A stretch of DNA of 53,861 bases from a virus (taxonomy: Duplodnaviria; Caudoviricetes): positions 1 to 53,861 of IMG/VR virus record IMGVR_UViG_3300008261_000101; one strand, given 5' to 3'. The notes beneath the pieces were generated by a model. That model did no database searches, was not told where the DNA came from, and was given only the letters and a program-made list of their open reading frames with translations. This document shows positions 1 to 8,701 of this stretch, piece by piece (the stretch's first letter is position 1; each line of letters starts with the position of its first letter). Made by a program: the position numbers and the translations under genes.

Positions 1-1124
1 GTACTGTTTGGTATGAGTTTTTGTAGCTCTTCACCTGCTGATATTCTATCTACAAGTATTAGAGTATTGCCTGATTGTTTTACTGTGTTTAGTAGTTTGC
101 CTATATATTCTAATCGTTCTTTGTTTGTGACTAGATACTTTAATTCATCTTGATAACCTCTGTGTGCTACAGTGTCAATAAGTTGTACAACATTAACATG
201 ACATTCTGCTAGCACACCTTTGTCTTGTAATTCCTTAGCTGTAATCTGTCCAATAACTGGACCAAGACTTGCATGAATACTTTCAAACTCGAACTTTTCT
301 TTAGGAACTGTACCGGTTAGTCCCCAGCGAATAGGAGCGTTACGAAGATTGCGTGTGAGTAGATTTTTAAGAACTTCTGCCTTTGCTTGGTGTACTTCGT
401 CAACAATAATGGTGTTTACACCCTCTAAAAACTCAGCAAGACTTAGTACTGCCGCGCCGTCCTTATGACGCTTGTCAAGAATGTTTAAACTTTGCCAAGT
501 GCAAATAGTGTGTGTTTTTCCTAGTTGTTTTCTGTCACCGAAATAAACACCTACGTCAAGTCCGCAGTTAATATAATCCTCTTCGGTTTGTTCGACCAAG
601 CTCTTGTTAGGTACAATGACAAGACTGCGACCATATGGTTCGCTAATATGGCTTAGTGTTGCTGTGGTAATAGTTTTACCTGCACCAGTAGCAATCTGTT
701 GTAGGCTTTGTGGATTGGCAATAAAGTTGTTGATTGCTTCGACCTGATAGTCGCGAAGCATAATAAGTTCGCCTTCGGCTGGATGACCTTTTGGCCAACG
801 CACGCCTTGGTCAGCCCAATAAGTTTCTGTAACTGGCGTAAGGTTTATTTGTACCGGTACACGACGGTCTTCAATGTCTGTGATATGAACGTTGTTCTTT
901 TGTAAAATGTCAGAAATAACATCTAGATGATTAATGTATCCTGTGCCGCCGATTCCAAAAAATGCAACTTTGCCATCCCATCTACCCAGTTGATACTGAG
1001 GCATGTGCTTTGCGTAAGGTATCTCAAATTTAAGTGCGTTCGACAGTTTACGTCTTACGTCGACATCTAGCCCTTCGAATTTGATGTTTACTTCGTCTTC
1101 GATTATCAGCTTACAAGTTGCCAT
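1..1124 (-). CDS. uvsW: UvsW-like SF2 DNA helicase (3' end runs off the window; absent from the ORF track)
   Basis: Manual translation from the ATG at 1124 gives MATCKLIIEDEVNIKFEGLD...GRWDGKV...LRDYQVEAI...ATGAGKT (Walker A)...IIVDEVHQ (DExH)...GLTGT (motif III). The frame is open to position 1. Confidence 0.9.
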   Translation of the reverse strand, partial: MATCKLIIEDEVNIKFEGLDVDVRRKLSNALKFEIPYAKHMPQYQLGRWDGKVAFFGIGGTGYINHLDVISDILQKNNVHITDIEDRRVPVQINLTPVTETYWADQGVRWPKGHPAEGELIMLRDYQVEAINNFIANPQSLQQIATGAGKTITTATLSHISEPYGRSLVIVPNKSLVEQTEEDYINCGLDVGVYFGDRKQLGKTHTICTWQSLNILDKRHKDGAAVLSLAEFLEGVNTIIVDEVHQAKAEVLKNLLTRNLRNAPIRWGLTGTVPKEKFEFESIHASLGPVIGQITAKELQDKGVLAECHVNVVQLIDTVAHRGYQDELKYLVTNKERLEYIGKLLNTVKQSGNTLILVDRISAGEELQKLIPNS

Positions 1125-2310
1125 AGTACGATGCGTCCTTCATCAAACTTAATTCTTTGTCATGATACATAATTAGATCACAATAATCTTTAATATATAT
1201 GTTTACTGTAGTATTAGAACGATAGCTGGTTAGTCCTAACGCAGTTATAGGACGCCATGCAGTTTTCAACAACAGCTTAGGTAATTTTGCTTTTTTAATA
1301 TACACTATCTGTGTATTGTCGTCGAGCCAATTGTTTAACTTTTTTTCTCTAACAAACTCATTGAATTCGTTCTGAGAAGAATTACCTTCAACTCTAAACA
1401 ATACAGTTTGATTTTCACTAGGCACAATTTCTTTTACAGCATTGTGAAAAACTGTCAATTGATCAAGACAGTTGACTTCATCTAGCAATACAAGTAATGG
1501 AAATCTGTCTAGATCTGACAAACATAGAACAACATCATTTATGCTATACTGATTAGGCGGTATTGCTATTTCCGCCGAAGGTCTGTGTACCACGTTGTGC
1601 AAAAGTCTATAATTTGACACATCAGGAATTTCTATGTTGTCAAGTACTAACCCAAATCGTTTTCTTCTGTCAAACAGTTTTAAATCAGTTACACAATTGT
1701 TTAAGTTATCAACAATGCTTGTAATTGCATGATCCGAAATATTAATAAAATTATGATTTTTGTAAGTCGGAATGTAATCGTACTTGTTAGTTGAACAAAT
1801 CATAATTTCGTTATAATATTCTAGCAGCTCGTTATCGATAACAAACTGTTTATTAATAAAAGATTCCACAACTTCTTTAACTACTGGCTCGGTTAGTTTA
1901 AACTGGTGAACATGTGTGCCTTTAGCATGAGAGTAAATAGATCTAAACTTGTTAGCAATTTTTTCAATTGTAACAATATTCTTTTTACTAAATGGAAATC
2001 TTACTTCTATAAATTTTTTATCTAGTGAGATTTTAACATACTGCTCACGATTTATTTCTCTTATCGAAGAACGTAGATGTTCTACTACTTGATCAACACT
2101 TACGTTGATTTGTTCGAACTCTTCGGCATAGTTTTTTAACTTTTCTTTACATAGTGCATATTGTCTATCAGTTAACGCTATACCTCTATACACTTGTCTA
2201 GAAATACTAGACAGTATATCTTTATCTTCTGTGTTAACAGTAAAGTGAGGTAGTGCTGCACTTTTGTCCACGTGCATTACGTACTCTAGCAAATCTTCGA
2301 TTGTTTTCAT
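1111..2310 (-). CDS. hypothetical protein (399 aa), overlaps the uvsW start by 14 nt
   Basis: Long ORF with an upstream sigma70-like promoter; no motif recognised. Confidence 0.8.
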   Translation of the reverse strand: MKTIEDLLEYVMHVDKSAALPHFTVNTEDKDILSSISRQVYRGIALTDRQYALCKEKLKNYAEEFEQINVSVDQVVEHLRSSIREINREQYVKISLDKKFIEVRFPFSKKNIVTIEKIANKFRSIYSHAKGTHVHQFKLTEPVVKEVVESFINKQFVIDNELLEYYNEIMICSTNKYDYIPTYKNHNFINISDHAITSIVDNLNNCVTDLKLFDRRKRFGLVLDNIEIPDVSNYRLLHNVVHRPSAEIAIPPNQYSINDVVLCLSDLDRFPLLVLLDEVNCLDQLTVFHNAVKEIVPSENQTVLFRVEGNSSQNEFNEFVREKKLNNWLDDNTQIVYIKKAKLPKLLLKTAWRPITALGLTSYRSNTTVNIYIKDYCDLIMYHDKELSLMKDASYYGNL

Positions 2311-2317
2311 AGTTATA

Positions 2318-2346
2318 TTAATAACATATTACAATTTTAAAGTCAA
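2318..2346 (-). promoter_or_regulatory. sigma70-like early/middle promoter, probably giving a leaderless transcript
   Basis: TTGACT-17 nt-TATTAA with an extended -10 TG; the ATG lies 7 nt after the -10 box. Confidence 0.55.
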
Positions 2347-3174
2347 GTATTTCAACGGGATACCTTGAGAAATTTCCGCAATTGTCCATTCTGTATATGC
2401 GTAATCATTTAACCATTGTTGCCTATCTGGCAAATGAGGATTGTCTACCATTAACAAATGCGGACATGCTACATCAAACGCTAAACTATATGGACTAACA
2501 AACGCAGGTACACCATTGATAATACTGTGTATTCCTGGATTACTACTCCAGCTTACAGTGTATTTTACATTAGCAAAGTTCATATCGAAGTCGTCGTATG
2601 TTCCCGATATCTGCTTTGGTTCTTGCCTATAAACATTCTTGTATTGACGTTCAATGTCTGAAAGTCTGCATCTCGGATGCGGTCGAAATATAATAGGATA
2701 GTTGTAATGCATTTGCAACTGTTCAATTGTATCCATTACCCACTTGCTCATAGGTGGCATGCCTTGCCACTGTAAACTTTTATCATGCTGTCCACAAATT
2801 AAAATATACTCACCATCTTGCTGCCAGGGTTTTAATTCTAATCCTAATTTGCGACTGCGTAGATCATCCATGCCACTAGGCCCAAAATAAGCATTCCTAT
2901 TAATTCCATTTAACCCTATCTTCCATGTTGTTCCGCGCTTAATGCCACCAACTTCCAGCACAACAGTTGGCTTTCCGGTTATTTTGTTTTTTTCCCAAAT
3001 GCCTCTGTTCGGAGCCATTCTGCCATGAAACAATACGCTCCATATAACATCTACATCGCTATCAGTAGTATTATCTGTGCATGTAAATCCTAACGAGTGT
3101 GCACCTTTTCTAAATGCATCAAATACAGGAGACGAGTTAAGTGCTCCATATTGTGTCCATAAACTAAACTTCAT
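2329..3174 (-). CDS. capsule-polysaccharide-biosynthesis (KpsC/KpsS-like, GT-B) protein
   Basis: Motifs ILICGQHDKS, IIFRPHP, VSWSSNPGIHSIINGVP and W..LAY.EWT..EI..G; paralogous to 4027..4956 and 4943..5755. Confidence 0.65.
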   Translation of the reverse strand: MKFSLWTQYGALNSSPVFDAFRKGAHSLGFTCTDNTTDSDVDVIWSVLFHGRMAPNRGIWEKNKITGKPTVVLEVGGIKRGTTWKIGLNGINRNAYFGPSGMDDLRSRKLGLELKPWQQDGEYILICGQHDKSLQWQGMPPMSKWVMDTIEQLQMHYNYPIIFRPHPRCRLSDIERQYKNVYRQEPKQISGTYDDFDMNFANVKYTVSWSSNPGIHSIINGVPAFVSPYSLAFDVACPHLLMVDNPHLPDRQQWLNDYAYTEWTIAEISQGIPLKYLTLKL

Positions 3175-3175
3175 T

Positions 3176-3202
3176 GTTAAATATTCCTATAATATATTTA
3201 AC
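3176..3202. promoter_or_regulatory. pair of opposed late promoters (GTTAAATA on each strand) for the divergent GT genes
   Basis: GTTAAATA at 3176-3183 (+) and its reverse complement at 3195-3202 (-). Confidence 0.6.
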
Positions 3203-3214
3203 GAGGACTTGCAC

Positions 3215-4039
3215 GTGGTAAAAATTTCTGTAGTATCGACATTTCATAAACCTGTTCTAGAATTGTATGGACAACGTTTTTTGGATAGCTTTAGTAAAAA
3301 TATAGATACAAAAATCGAACTGTTCTTGTATGCAGAAGATTGCACCCCTGTAGTCAACGACACTCGTGTATTTGTGCTAGACCAGAAAAAAGAACTTCCT
3401 AAACTAGTTGCATTTAAAGAACGATGGAAAAATGTTCCTAAAGCCAACGGAATGTGTCCACCGGAAATTAAAGTGCGTAGACCTAAAGATTGGAATAAAG
3501 AATTTAAATGGGACGCAGTACGATTTGCAAATAAAACTTATGCAGTGTTTGATGCTGCACGTCGTTGTAACAGTGACTGGCTGATTTGGTTAGATGCAGA
3601 TACATATGTACATTCACACGTAACTAACGAAAATCTAGAACAGTTTACTCCTAACAACAGTTGGTTAAGTTATTTGGGTAGAGGCAAAAAATGGCCTGAA
3701 TGTGGATTTTACGGAATCAATTTAAAGAGTGCAGAAGGTCAAGAATTTTTAAAAGAGTTTGAACGGGTATACGAAGATGCCGAAAACGGTATATTTAAAA
3801 TGGAAGAGTGGCATGACAGTTTTGTGTTTTTTGAAGTTTTAAAGAAAATGCAAAAACAATTTCCAAGCTCGTCAGTTTATAATATAAGCGGCAATTTAGT
3901 TAACGGCGAAGGACATCCTATGATTAATAGCGACTTAGGAAAATACTTTGATCACTTAAAAGGTGACAGAAAAACTACCGGAAAAAGTAATAAACCTAAA
4001 GATTTAATTGTAAAAAGAACTGAAAATTATTGGCAATAA
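3215..4039 (+). CDS. GT-A fold glycosyltransferase (nucleotide-diphospho-sugar transferase)
   Basis: DxD motif in LIWLDADT, plus ECGF, EWHDSFVF and YFDHLKG. The start is reassigned to the GTG at 3215 after a GAGGA SD, because the track's 3077 start overlaps the divergent gene. Confidence 0.75.
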   Translation: MVKISVVSTFHKPVLELYGQRFLDSFSKNIDTKIELFLYAEDCTPVVNDTRVFVLDQKKELPKLVAFKERWKNVPKANGMCPPEIKVRRPKDWNKEFKWDAVRFANKTYAVFDAARRCNSDWLIWLDADTYVHSHVTNENLEQFTPNNSWLSYLGRGKKWPECGFYGINLKSAEGQEFLKEFERVYEDAENGIFKMEEWHDSFVFFEVLKKMQKQFPSSSVYNISGNLVNGEGHPMINSDLGKYFDHLKGDRKTTGKSNKPKDLIVKRTENYWQ

Positions 4040-4956
4040 TTTCTCATATGGCGCCAGCAGCTACCGTCTTCTAATTCACTAAACTTCCAGTGAAACATAC
4101 TAATTCGTTCAAGCCAACGTTGCCTGTCAAATGTAACAGGTGATTCTATATATTTAAAATCATCATTAGAAACTTCTTTGCACTGACTTTTTTGTGGATC
4201 AGTTAAAAAACAATTATAACCTTTTATTATCGGACCAACTACTGCACTGCTGTTGTGATTAACAACACACCACGCATTATCTAGATCTTGTTCTAATGGT
4301 TTGTCAAATGCACTTATTGTTACGTTTTTAAAATTTTTAATTTTGGTAAATTTAGGATGCAAATACTTTGATGCGTTTTTGTCTCCTGGATGAGCTCTTA
4401 TTACAATAGGTCTGTCACTGTTATATCTTATTTTTTTAATTGTATCTAACGCCCATTGTTGTACGTCTGTACCTGTCATGCTCCATCCGCCGTTGCGCTG
4501 AAGCATTAGTAAGATATGAGATCCGTGTGTCTTGTTATCTTCTAATACAATTCTTGTATCTTTACTAATCTGCTGCCATCGAGTTGGGTCAATGTCTTGA
4601 TCACAATAGATACCAGTGTTTGGAAAGATTCCATTAAAACTATATCTTAAATAACCATGGGGATTTATTTTATCGTTATATAAAAATAAATTTGCATCTG
4701 CACACACAACATGTTTTCCGCTTGAAACTTGTGTGTGTATTATATTGTTTCTTAATTTTAGATGTGCAGAACTTATATCGTTATGCACCCAGCCTTGTAT
4801 CACTGCAACTTCAGAATCTTCTAGTTGATCCGTATTATTAATTTTTCCAACATCGCCGACTTTATCTACACCTTTGATAAATTTAAAAAGCAAATCGGTT
4901 TTTTGTTTGTTGTTATTTTTTGCCGGAACAGTTTTTAAATAACTAACTACCTTCAT
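4027..4956 (-). CDS. capsule-polysaccharide-biosynthesis (KpsC/KpsS-like) protein
   Basis: Motifs ILLMLQR, IVIRAHP, VVNHNSSAVVGPIIKG and HWKFSELEDG. Confidence 0.65.
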   Translation of the reverse strand: MKVVSYLKTVPAKNNNKQKTDLLFKFIKGVDKVGDVGKINNTDQLEDSEVAVIQGWVHNDISSAHLKLRNNIIHTQVSSGKHVVCADANLFLYNDKINPHGYLRYSFNGIFPNTGIYCDQDIDPTRWQQISKDTRIVLEDNKTHGSHILLMLQRNGGWSMTGTDVQQWALDTIKKIRYNSDRPIVIRAHPGDKNASKYLHPKFTKIKNFKNVTISAFDKPLEQDLDNAWCVVNHNSSAVVGPIIKGYNCFLTDPQKSQCKEVSNDDFKYIESPVTFDRQRWLERISMFHWKFSELEDGSCWRHMRNYCQ

Positions 4957-5755
4957 TTAATATGCTCCATGCAAATCCGTTTAGCATTTCATTAGAAGTA
5001 AACTGGCAATAAGACAAGTGTGCTGCAAATCTGACAGTTTCTTGTTTGGTAGGCAAATATAAATTGTTAATGTCTTTAAGAGCAGTGTTGCACAAAACAG
5101 AAGCAGCATTTGGTGCTAATGCGATAGCCGGTACACTGTAGAGCAACGCTTCTGTAGCTGCAATGCTGTTAAATGTAACCAAACAGTATGCATCATCTAA
5201 CGCATCCCAAATTGTATTAGTTGTAACCCGTTCGGAACGATTTGGTTTGAGTCTTACTTCAATTGGTCGATTGGTATGTGTCTTGATCTCGTCAACTGTT
5301 TCAGCTAACCAAGTATCTAAATCTTTTTCATAAAACTTCATTACTTTGTCAGATGGCGGACATATTAAAATTTTATTGCCTGTTTGACCGTTTCTGTTTT
5401 TGTATTGCCAATTTAATTTTTTTAATCTATCAAGGCCTCTGTCTTTTATTGGTCCTAAATTTTGCAGTGCATTTTTAGTAATACGATGATAGTCCTTTTT
5501 TGTACCGGGCTGAATATATCCAGAGTCGATAGCATAAAAATCTATTTTATTTCTTAAACAATATTTTATGGCTTTTTGACCGCCGCCGCCCAGCCCCCGA
5601 ATTACCAGTGTGTCAGTAGTGCCGTTTTTTAACACAAAGTCACTTATGCTTCCACCAGAACCCATTATAAATGATTGCAAGTAAGGATCGTATTTTAATC
5701 CTTTAGCTTCGTAGTTAAATCCGTCGGATGCAATTGCTGCAATTTTTATTCCCAT
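4943..5755 (-). CDS. capsule-polysaccharide-biosynthesis (KpsC/KpsS-like) protein; may be the C-terminal half of a frameshift fusion with 5893..6639
   Basis: Motifs ILICPPS, IEVRLKP, LVTFNSIAATEALLYSVP and LSYCQFT..EM..G. The frame stays open upstream to 5929. Confidence 0.65.
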   Translation of the reverse strand: MGIKIAAIASDGFNYEAKGLKYDPYLQSFIMGSGGSISDFVLKNGTTDTLVIRGLGGGGQKAIKYCLRNKIDFYAIDSGYIQPGTKKDYHRITKNALQNLGPIKDRGLDRLKKLNWQYKNRNGQTGNKILICPPSDKVMKFYEKDLDTWLAETVDEIKTHTNRPIEVRLKPNRSERVTTNTIWDALDDAYCLVTFNSIAATEALLYSVPAIALAPNAASVLCNTALKDINNLYLPTKQETVRFAAHLSYCQFTSNEMLNGFAWSILNEGS

Positions 5756-5892
5756 GAATGCACTAACTTCTTTCTTTAATTCTGTGTCGTCATAAATCTT
5801 ATGTTCAGGGTCGACTAATGTATTTAAGTATAGCTTTAATATAGATTTTACATTCTTTGTAAACGGTAAATCATCAATTGTTTTGGGTCGTT

Positions 5893-6639
5893 CTAATTCT
5901 CTTGTGAGGTTTTTTTTTGAACTTCTAAATTATTTTGTAAGTATGTTCTTTCAACTTGATACCAATCACTTGAGTATTCGCAACTTTTGTAATCATCAAA
6001 CCAAGGTCCGCCTTCGGTGTAATGAATAAGTTTCGGCTTACCATCTTTGGGTTCGGTGTACCATCCTACTAGCCAATTCCATTCGTGACTGATCTTACCT
6101 ATATGTTTGTCGTGAACCCAACTAAATCTGTGAAAATACGCACCCGTCTTTGCCTCGTTATTAATAAGTGTAGGTGTTAATAGTTTGTTACTAGGATGTT
6201 CGCAGTTGATTAACATCATACTTGACCAGTTTTTTCTTGGATACAACGTTTGTCGCTGCCCGTCCATTTTGGTAACTTCTGTTGGTATATAATTATGTTG
6301 GGCACACATAATAGCATACTTGTCGTCAATCTGATCAAACAACTCTTTTATATCAGCAACTGCTAAAAAGTCGCAATCTATAAACAGCGCCCAACCGGTG
6401 TAGTTATTAAGATATGGAATAAGAAATCTTGTGAACGTAAACTCTGTGCTTGCAAGTTTATCAACTGGACGAGTGTAAATGCCTTGTTTTCTAAGTTTGT
6501 TTTGTTCTATTGGAACGATCTCGACTGGTACAGAAGCGTGTTGTTCGATACTTAACTTTGCAATTTGATATGCAATGTCTTCTCTACTATCCCATCCGAT
6601 ATAGATCTTTAATGGTTTAATCTCGTCGCTCAATGTCAT
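5893..6639 (-). CDS. GT8-like glycosyltransferase
   Basis: Motifs IYIGWDSRE, STEFTFTRF, LFIDCDFL (DxD), YPRKNWSS, WNWLVG and IHYTEGGPW. Confidence 0.8.
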   Translation of the reverse strand: MTLSDEIKPLKIYIGWDSREDIAYQIAKLSIEQHASVPVEIVPIEQNKLRKQGIYTRPVDKLASTEFTFTRFLIPYLNNYTGWALFIDCDFLAVADIKELFDQIDDKYAIMCAQHNYIPTEVTKMDGQRQTLYPRKNWSSMMLINCEHPSNKLLTPTLINNEAKTGAYFHRFSWVHDKHIGKISHEWNWLVGWYTEPKDGKPKLIHYTEGGPWFDDYKSCEYSSDWYQVERTYLQNNLEVQKKTSQEN

Positions 6640-7387
6640 TCTCCGTTAATTCTTTGCCCAGCCACACTTCAATTACTTTGGCAGTTTCGTTTCCGATATT
6701 TATAGCCTTGTGCCAGTATGCAGTCGGTATGTCTATACTGTCTCCTGGTATTAGTGTCTGTTGAGTCTTTCTACCCTGTCTGTCTTCAAGTACCATTACA
6801 ATTACTCCGCTAACAACATGCCAGTGTTCGGATCTTTTAAAATGTCGTTGATCGCTTAATGCTTTTCCTTTTTGAAAACTCAGCTCTTTTACTTGCCATT
6901 CGCCGTTGCTATCAAGTACTTTGTAAGATCCCCAAGATCTTTCAGTCTCTGGTTTTTCCCAGTTTTTTAAAATCCAACTGCTTGAATTCTTCTTATCATT
7001 GCCGCCGACTTCCCAGGCAAATTTAACTCTTGGGTGAGTTCCGTATTTGATAAATTCTGGTATATTTCCAGCATTGCGATCACCGCCGTTGGCAACAATA
7101 ATTTTTGCGTTAGGATTAGAATCTAAGATATACTCGATGCATTTATTACTACTACCTAGTTCGTCATCATCAAAAGATAAAACCAAGTCTACTACCTTTA
7201 GATTACTCACGATGTTTGCTCGTTCTTCAAATGGCATAAACGGTCTGCCTTTTTTGTTAACAAGCCAGCTGTCACTGTTTACACCTACCCATAGTTCATC
7301 GCCGAGCTTTTTAGCTTCGTTAAAATAAGCAATATGTCCGCTGTGGATAGGATCAAATCCTCCGGTTACTAATACTATTGTTTTCAT
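6617..7387 (-). CDS. cytidylyltransferase (HIGH family) fused to a C-terminal cupin (mannose-6-P isomerase type II-like)
   Basis: GGFDPIHSGH, GVNSD, ANGGDR and KKNSSS; C-terminal RSWGSY, LSDQRHFKRSEHW and IEVWLG...ENDIERRD. Confidence 0.85.
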   Translation of the reverse strand: MKTIVLVTGGFDPIHSGHIAYFNEAKKLGDELWVGVNSDSWLVNKKGRPFMPFEERANIVSNLKVVDLVLSFDDDELGSSNKCIEYILDSNPNAKIIVANGGDRNAGNIPEFIKYGTHPRVKFAWEVGGNDKKNSSSWILKNWEKPETERSWGSYKVLDSNGEWQVKELSFQKGKALSDQRHFKRSEHWHVVSGVIVMVLEDRQGRKTQQTLIPGDSIDIPTAYWHKAINIGNETAKVIEVWLGKELTENDIERRD

Positions 7388-7402
7388 AAAGTTATTTAAT
7401 AA

Positions 7403-8023
7403 TTACCAGCCAAAAATATAGTCTTTTCTGATATTGGTAATTTCTTTTGCACCTTGAGTTTTTAAATAAGTACCTGCGCAGTATTCTGTATCAGGATGTT
7501 GTTCAACAATAATTATAGGCTTGTATTTTAAAATAGTTTCGATGCCACCTTTTAATACTTCTAATTCGTATCGTTCACAATCAATTTTAAGAAGTCCAAA
7601 CTTGGGTAAATTCAAGTCATCTAAACGTTTTATGTCGATAGATCCGTAGCCTGTTTCGCTAACATAACTACTACCAGTGTTTTCGGCATCATAAATCATT
7701 TCTACTTTATTGGTTATGTTGCCCAGCGCATGTTTATGTATTTCAATGTTTAACCCTTCAACATTACGCTCTAAACAACTATATACTTGCTCCAATGGCT
7801 CAAATGCAATAACGTGATTAAACACTTTTGTTAAAGGTTTTGACCATAATCCAACATTGGCGCCCACATCAACTACTATATTAAAATCAGTTACATACTT
7901 ATATGCTTCGTCTCTAACATCATCTTGGTATTCAGGAGGTCCACCGTTTTTAACACGCTTGGCAATCAGTCTTTCAAAATGGCTGTCAGTGTCTGGCATC
8001 CAATAGTCGTAAACTTTTTTCAT
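7403..8023 (-). CDS. FkbM-family SAM-dependent methyltransferase
   Basis: VVDVGANVG, AFEP and LLKIDCERYE. The start is reassigned to MKKVYDYW at 8023, an ATGA overlap with the uvsY stop. Confidence 0.85.
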   Translation of the reverse strand: MKKVYDYWMPDTDSHFERLIAKRVKNGGPPEYQDDVRDEAYKYVTDFNIVVDVGANVGLWSKPLTKVFNHVIAFEPLEQVYSCLERNVEGLNIEIHKHALGNITNKVEMIYDAENTGSSYVSETGYGSIDIKRLDDLNLPKFGLLKIDCERYELEVLKGGIETILKYKPIIIVEQHPDTEYCAGTYLKTQGAKEITNIRKDYIFGW

Positions 8024-8475
8024 ATCGAAGCGTCCTCCATACCGGCAACTCGTAACTTTACGATGTTGGTTAATTGCCATTGTTTTTGATCTAATGCTTT
8101 AAGAACGCCTAGCCATTTATTGCGCACTAATGCAAATTCATTAATAATTTTTTCATAGTCGACTACATCTGCTTCGCCGTCTACATATTTTTCAACATCG
8201 CGACTGCTTAATGCACGTTGATAATTTTCAAGATATTTCTTAAAAAAGCTGCTGCGCAATCTACGTAATTCAATGTTCAAATACTCGAGAATAGCTTCTA
8301 ACTCTTGCAGTTGATTAAATCGGTGTTCTACGATACCAGGCATATTAGCGGCAGCTTTTTCAATACTGCCGCTAATTTGTACTTCGTTACGAGCTGACAC
8401 AAGTTCGTCTTGAAAGTATTGTATTGCTTCCGGAATTTGAGAGATATCTCTTGATACTCTACTATACCATCCCAT
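8020..8475 (-). CDS. uvsY: UvsY recombination mediator
   Basis: 151-aa helical protein near uvsX, with ALSSRDVEKYVDGEAD and KALDQKQWQLTNIVKLRVAG. Confidence 0.8.
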   Translation of the reverse strand: MGWYSRVSRDISQIPEAIQYFQDELVSARNEVQISGSIEKAAANMPGIVEHRFNQLQELEAILEYLNIELRRLRSSFFKKYLENYQRALSSRDVEKYVDGEADVVDYEKIINEFALVRNKWLGVLKALDQKQWQLTNIVKLRVAGMEDASI

Positions 8476-8696
8476 TAGTCGTCCTCTTCGTCGTTATACT
8501 CAGAATCTAAATCTAAATAATAATTGATAGCATTATCGAGATATTTGTCTGTACCCGATACTTCTTTAAATGTAATATCGTCTACACCATAATCTGCTAG
8601 CAAGTCGACAAACTTTTCTGCTGCTAGCTCGACATGTTTTTTGTCCAAGTACTCTTTAAAAAGATTCCAAATGTCTGCAATTTGGCTTTCATCCAT
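8475..8696 (-). CDS. small acidic hypothetical protein
   Basis: GAGGAG SD upstream; tightly packed between uvsX and uvsY. Confidence 0.7.
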   Translation of the reverse strand: MDESQIADIWNLFKEYLDKKHVELAAEKFVDLLADYGVDDITFKEVSGTDKYLDNAINYYLDLDSEYNDEEDD

Positions 8697-8701
8697 TACA
8701 A

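Noticed and set aside
708-905. 65-aa plus-strand ORF
   Set aside because: Lies antisense within uvsW.
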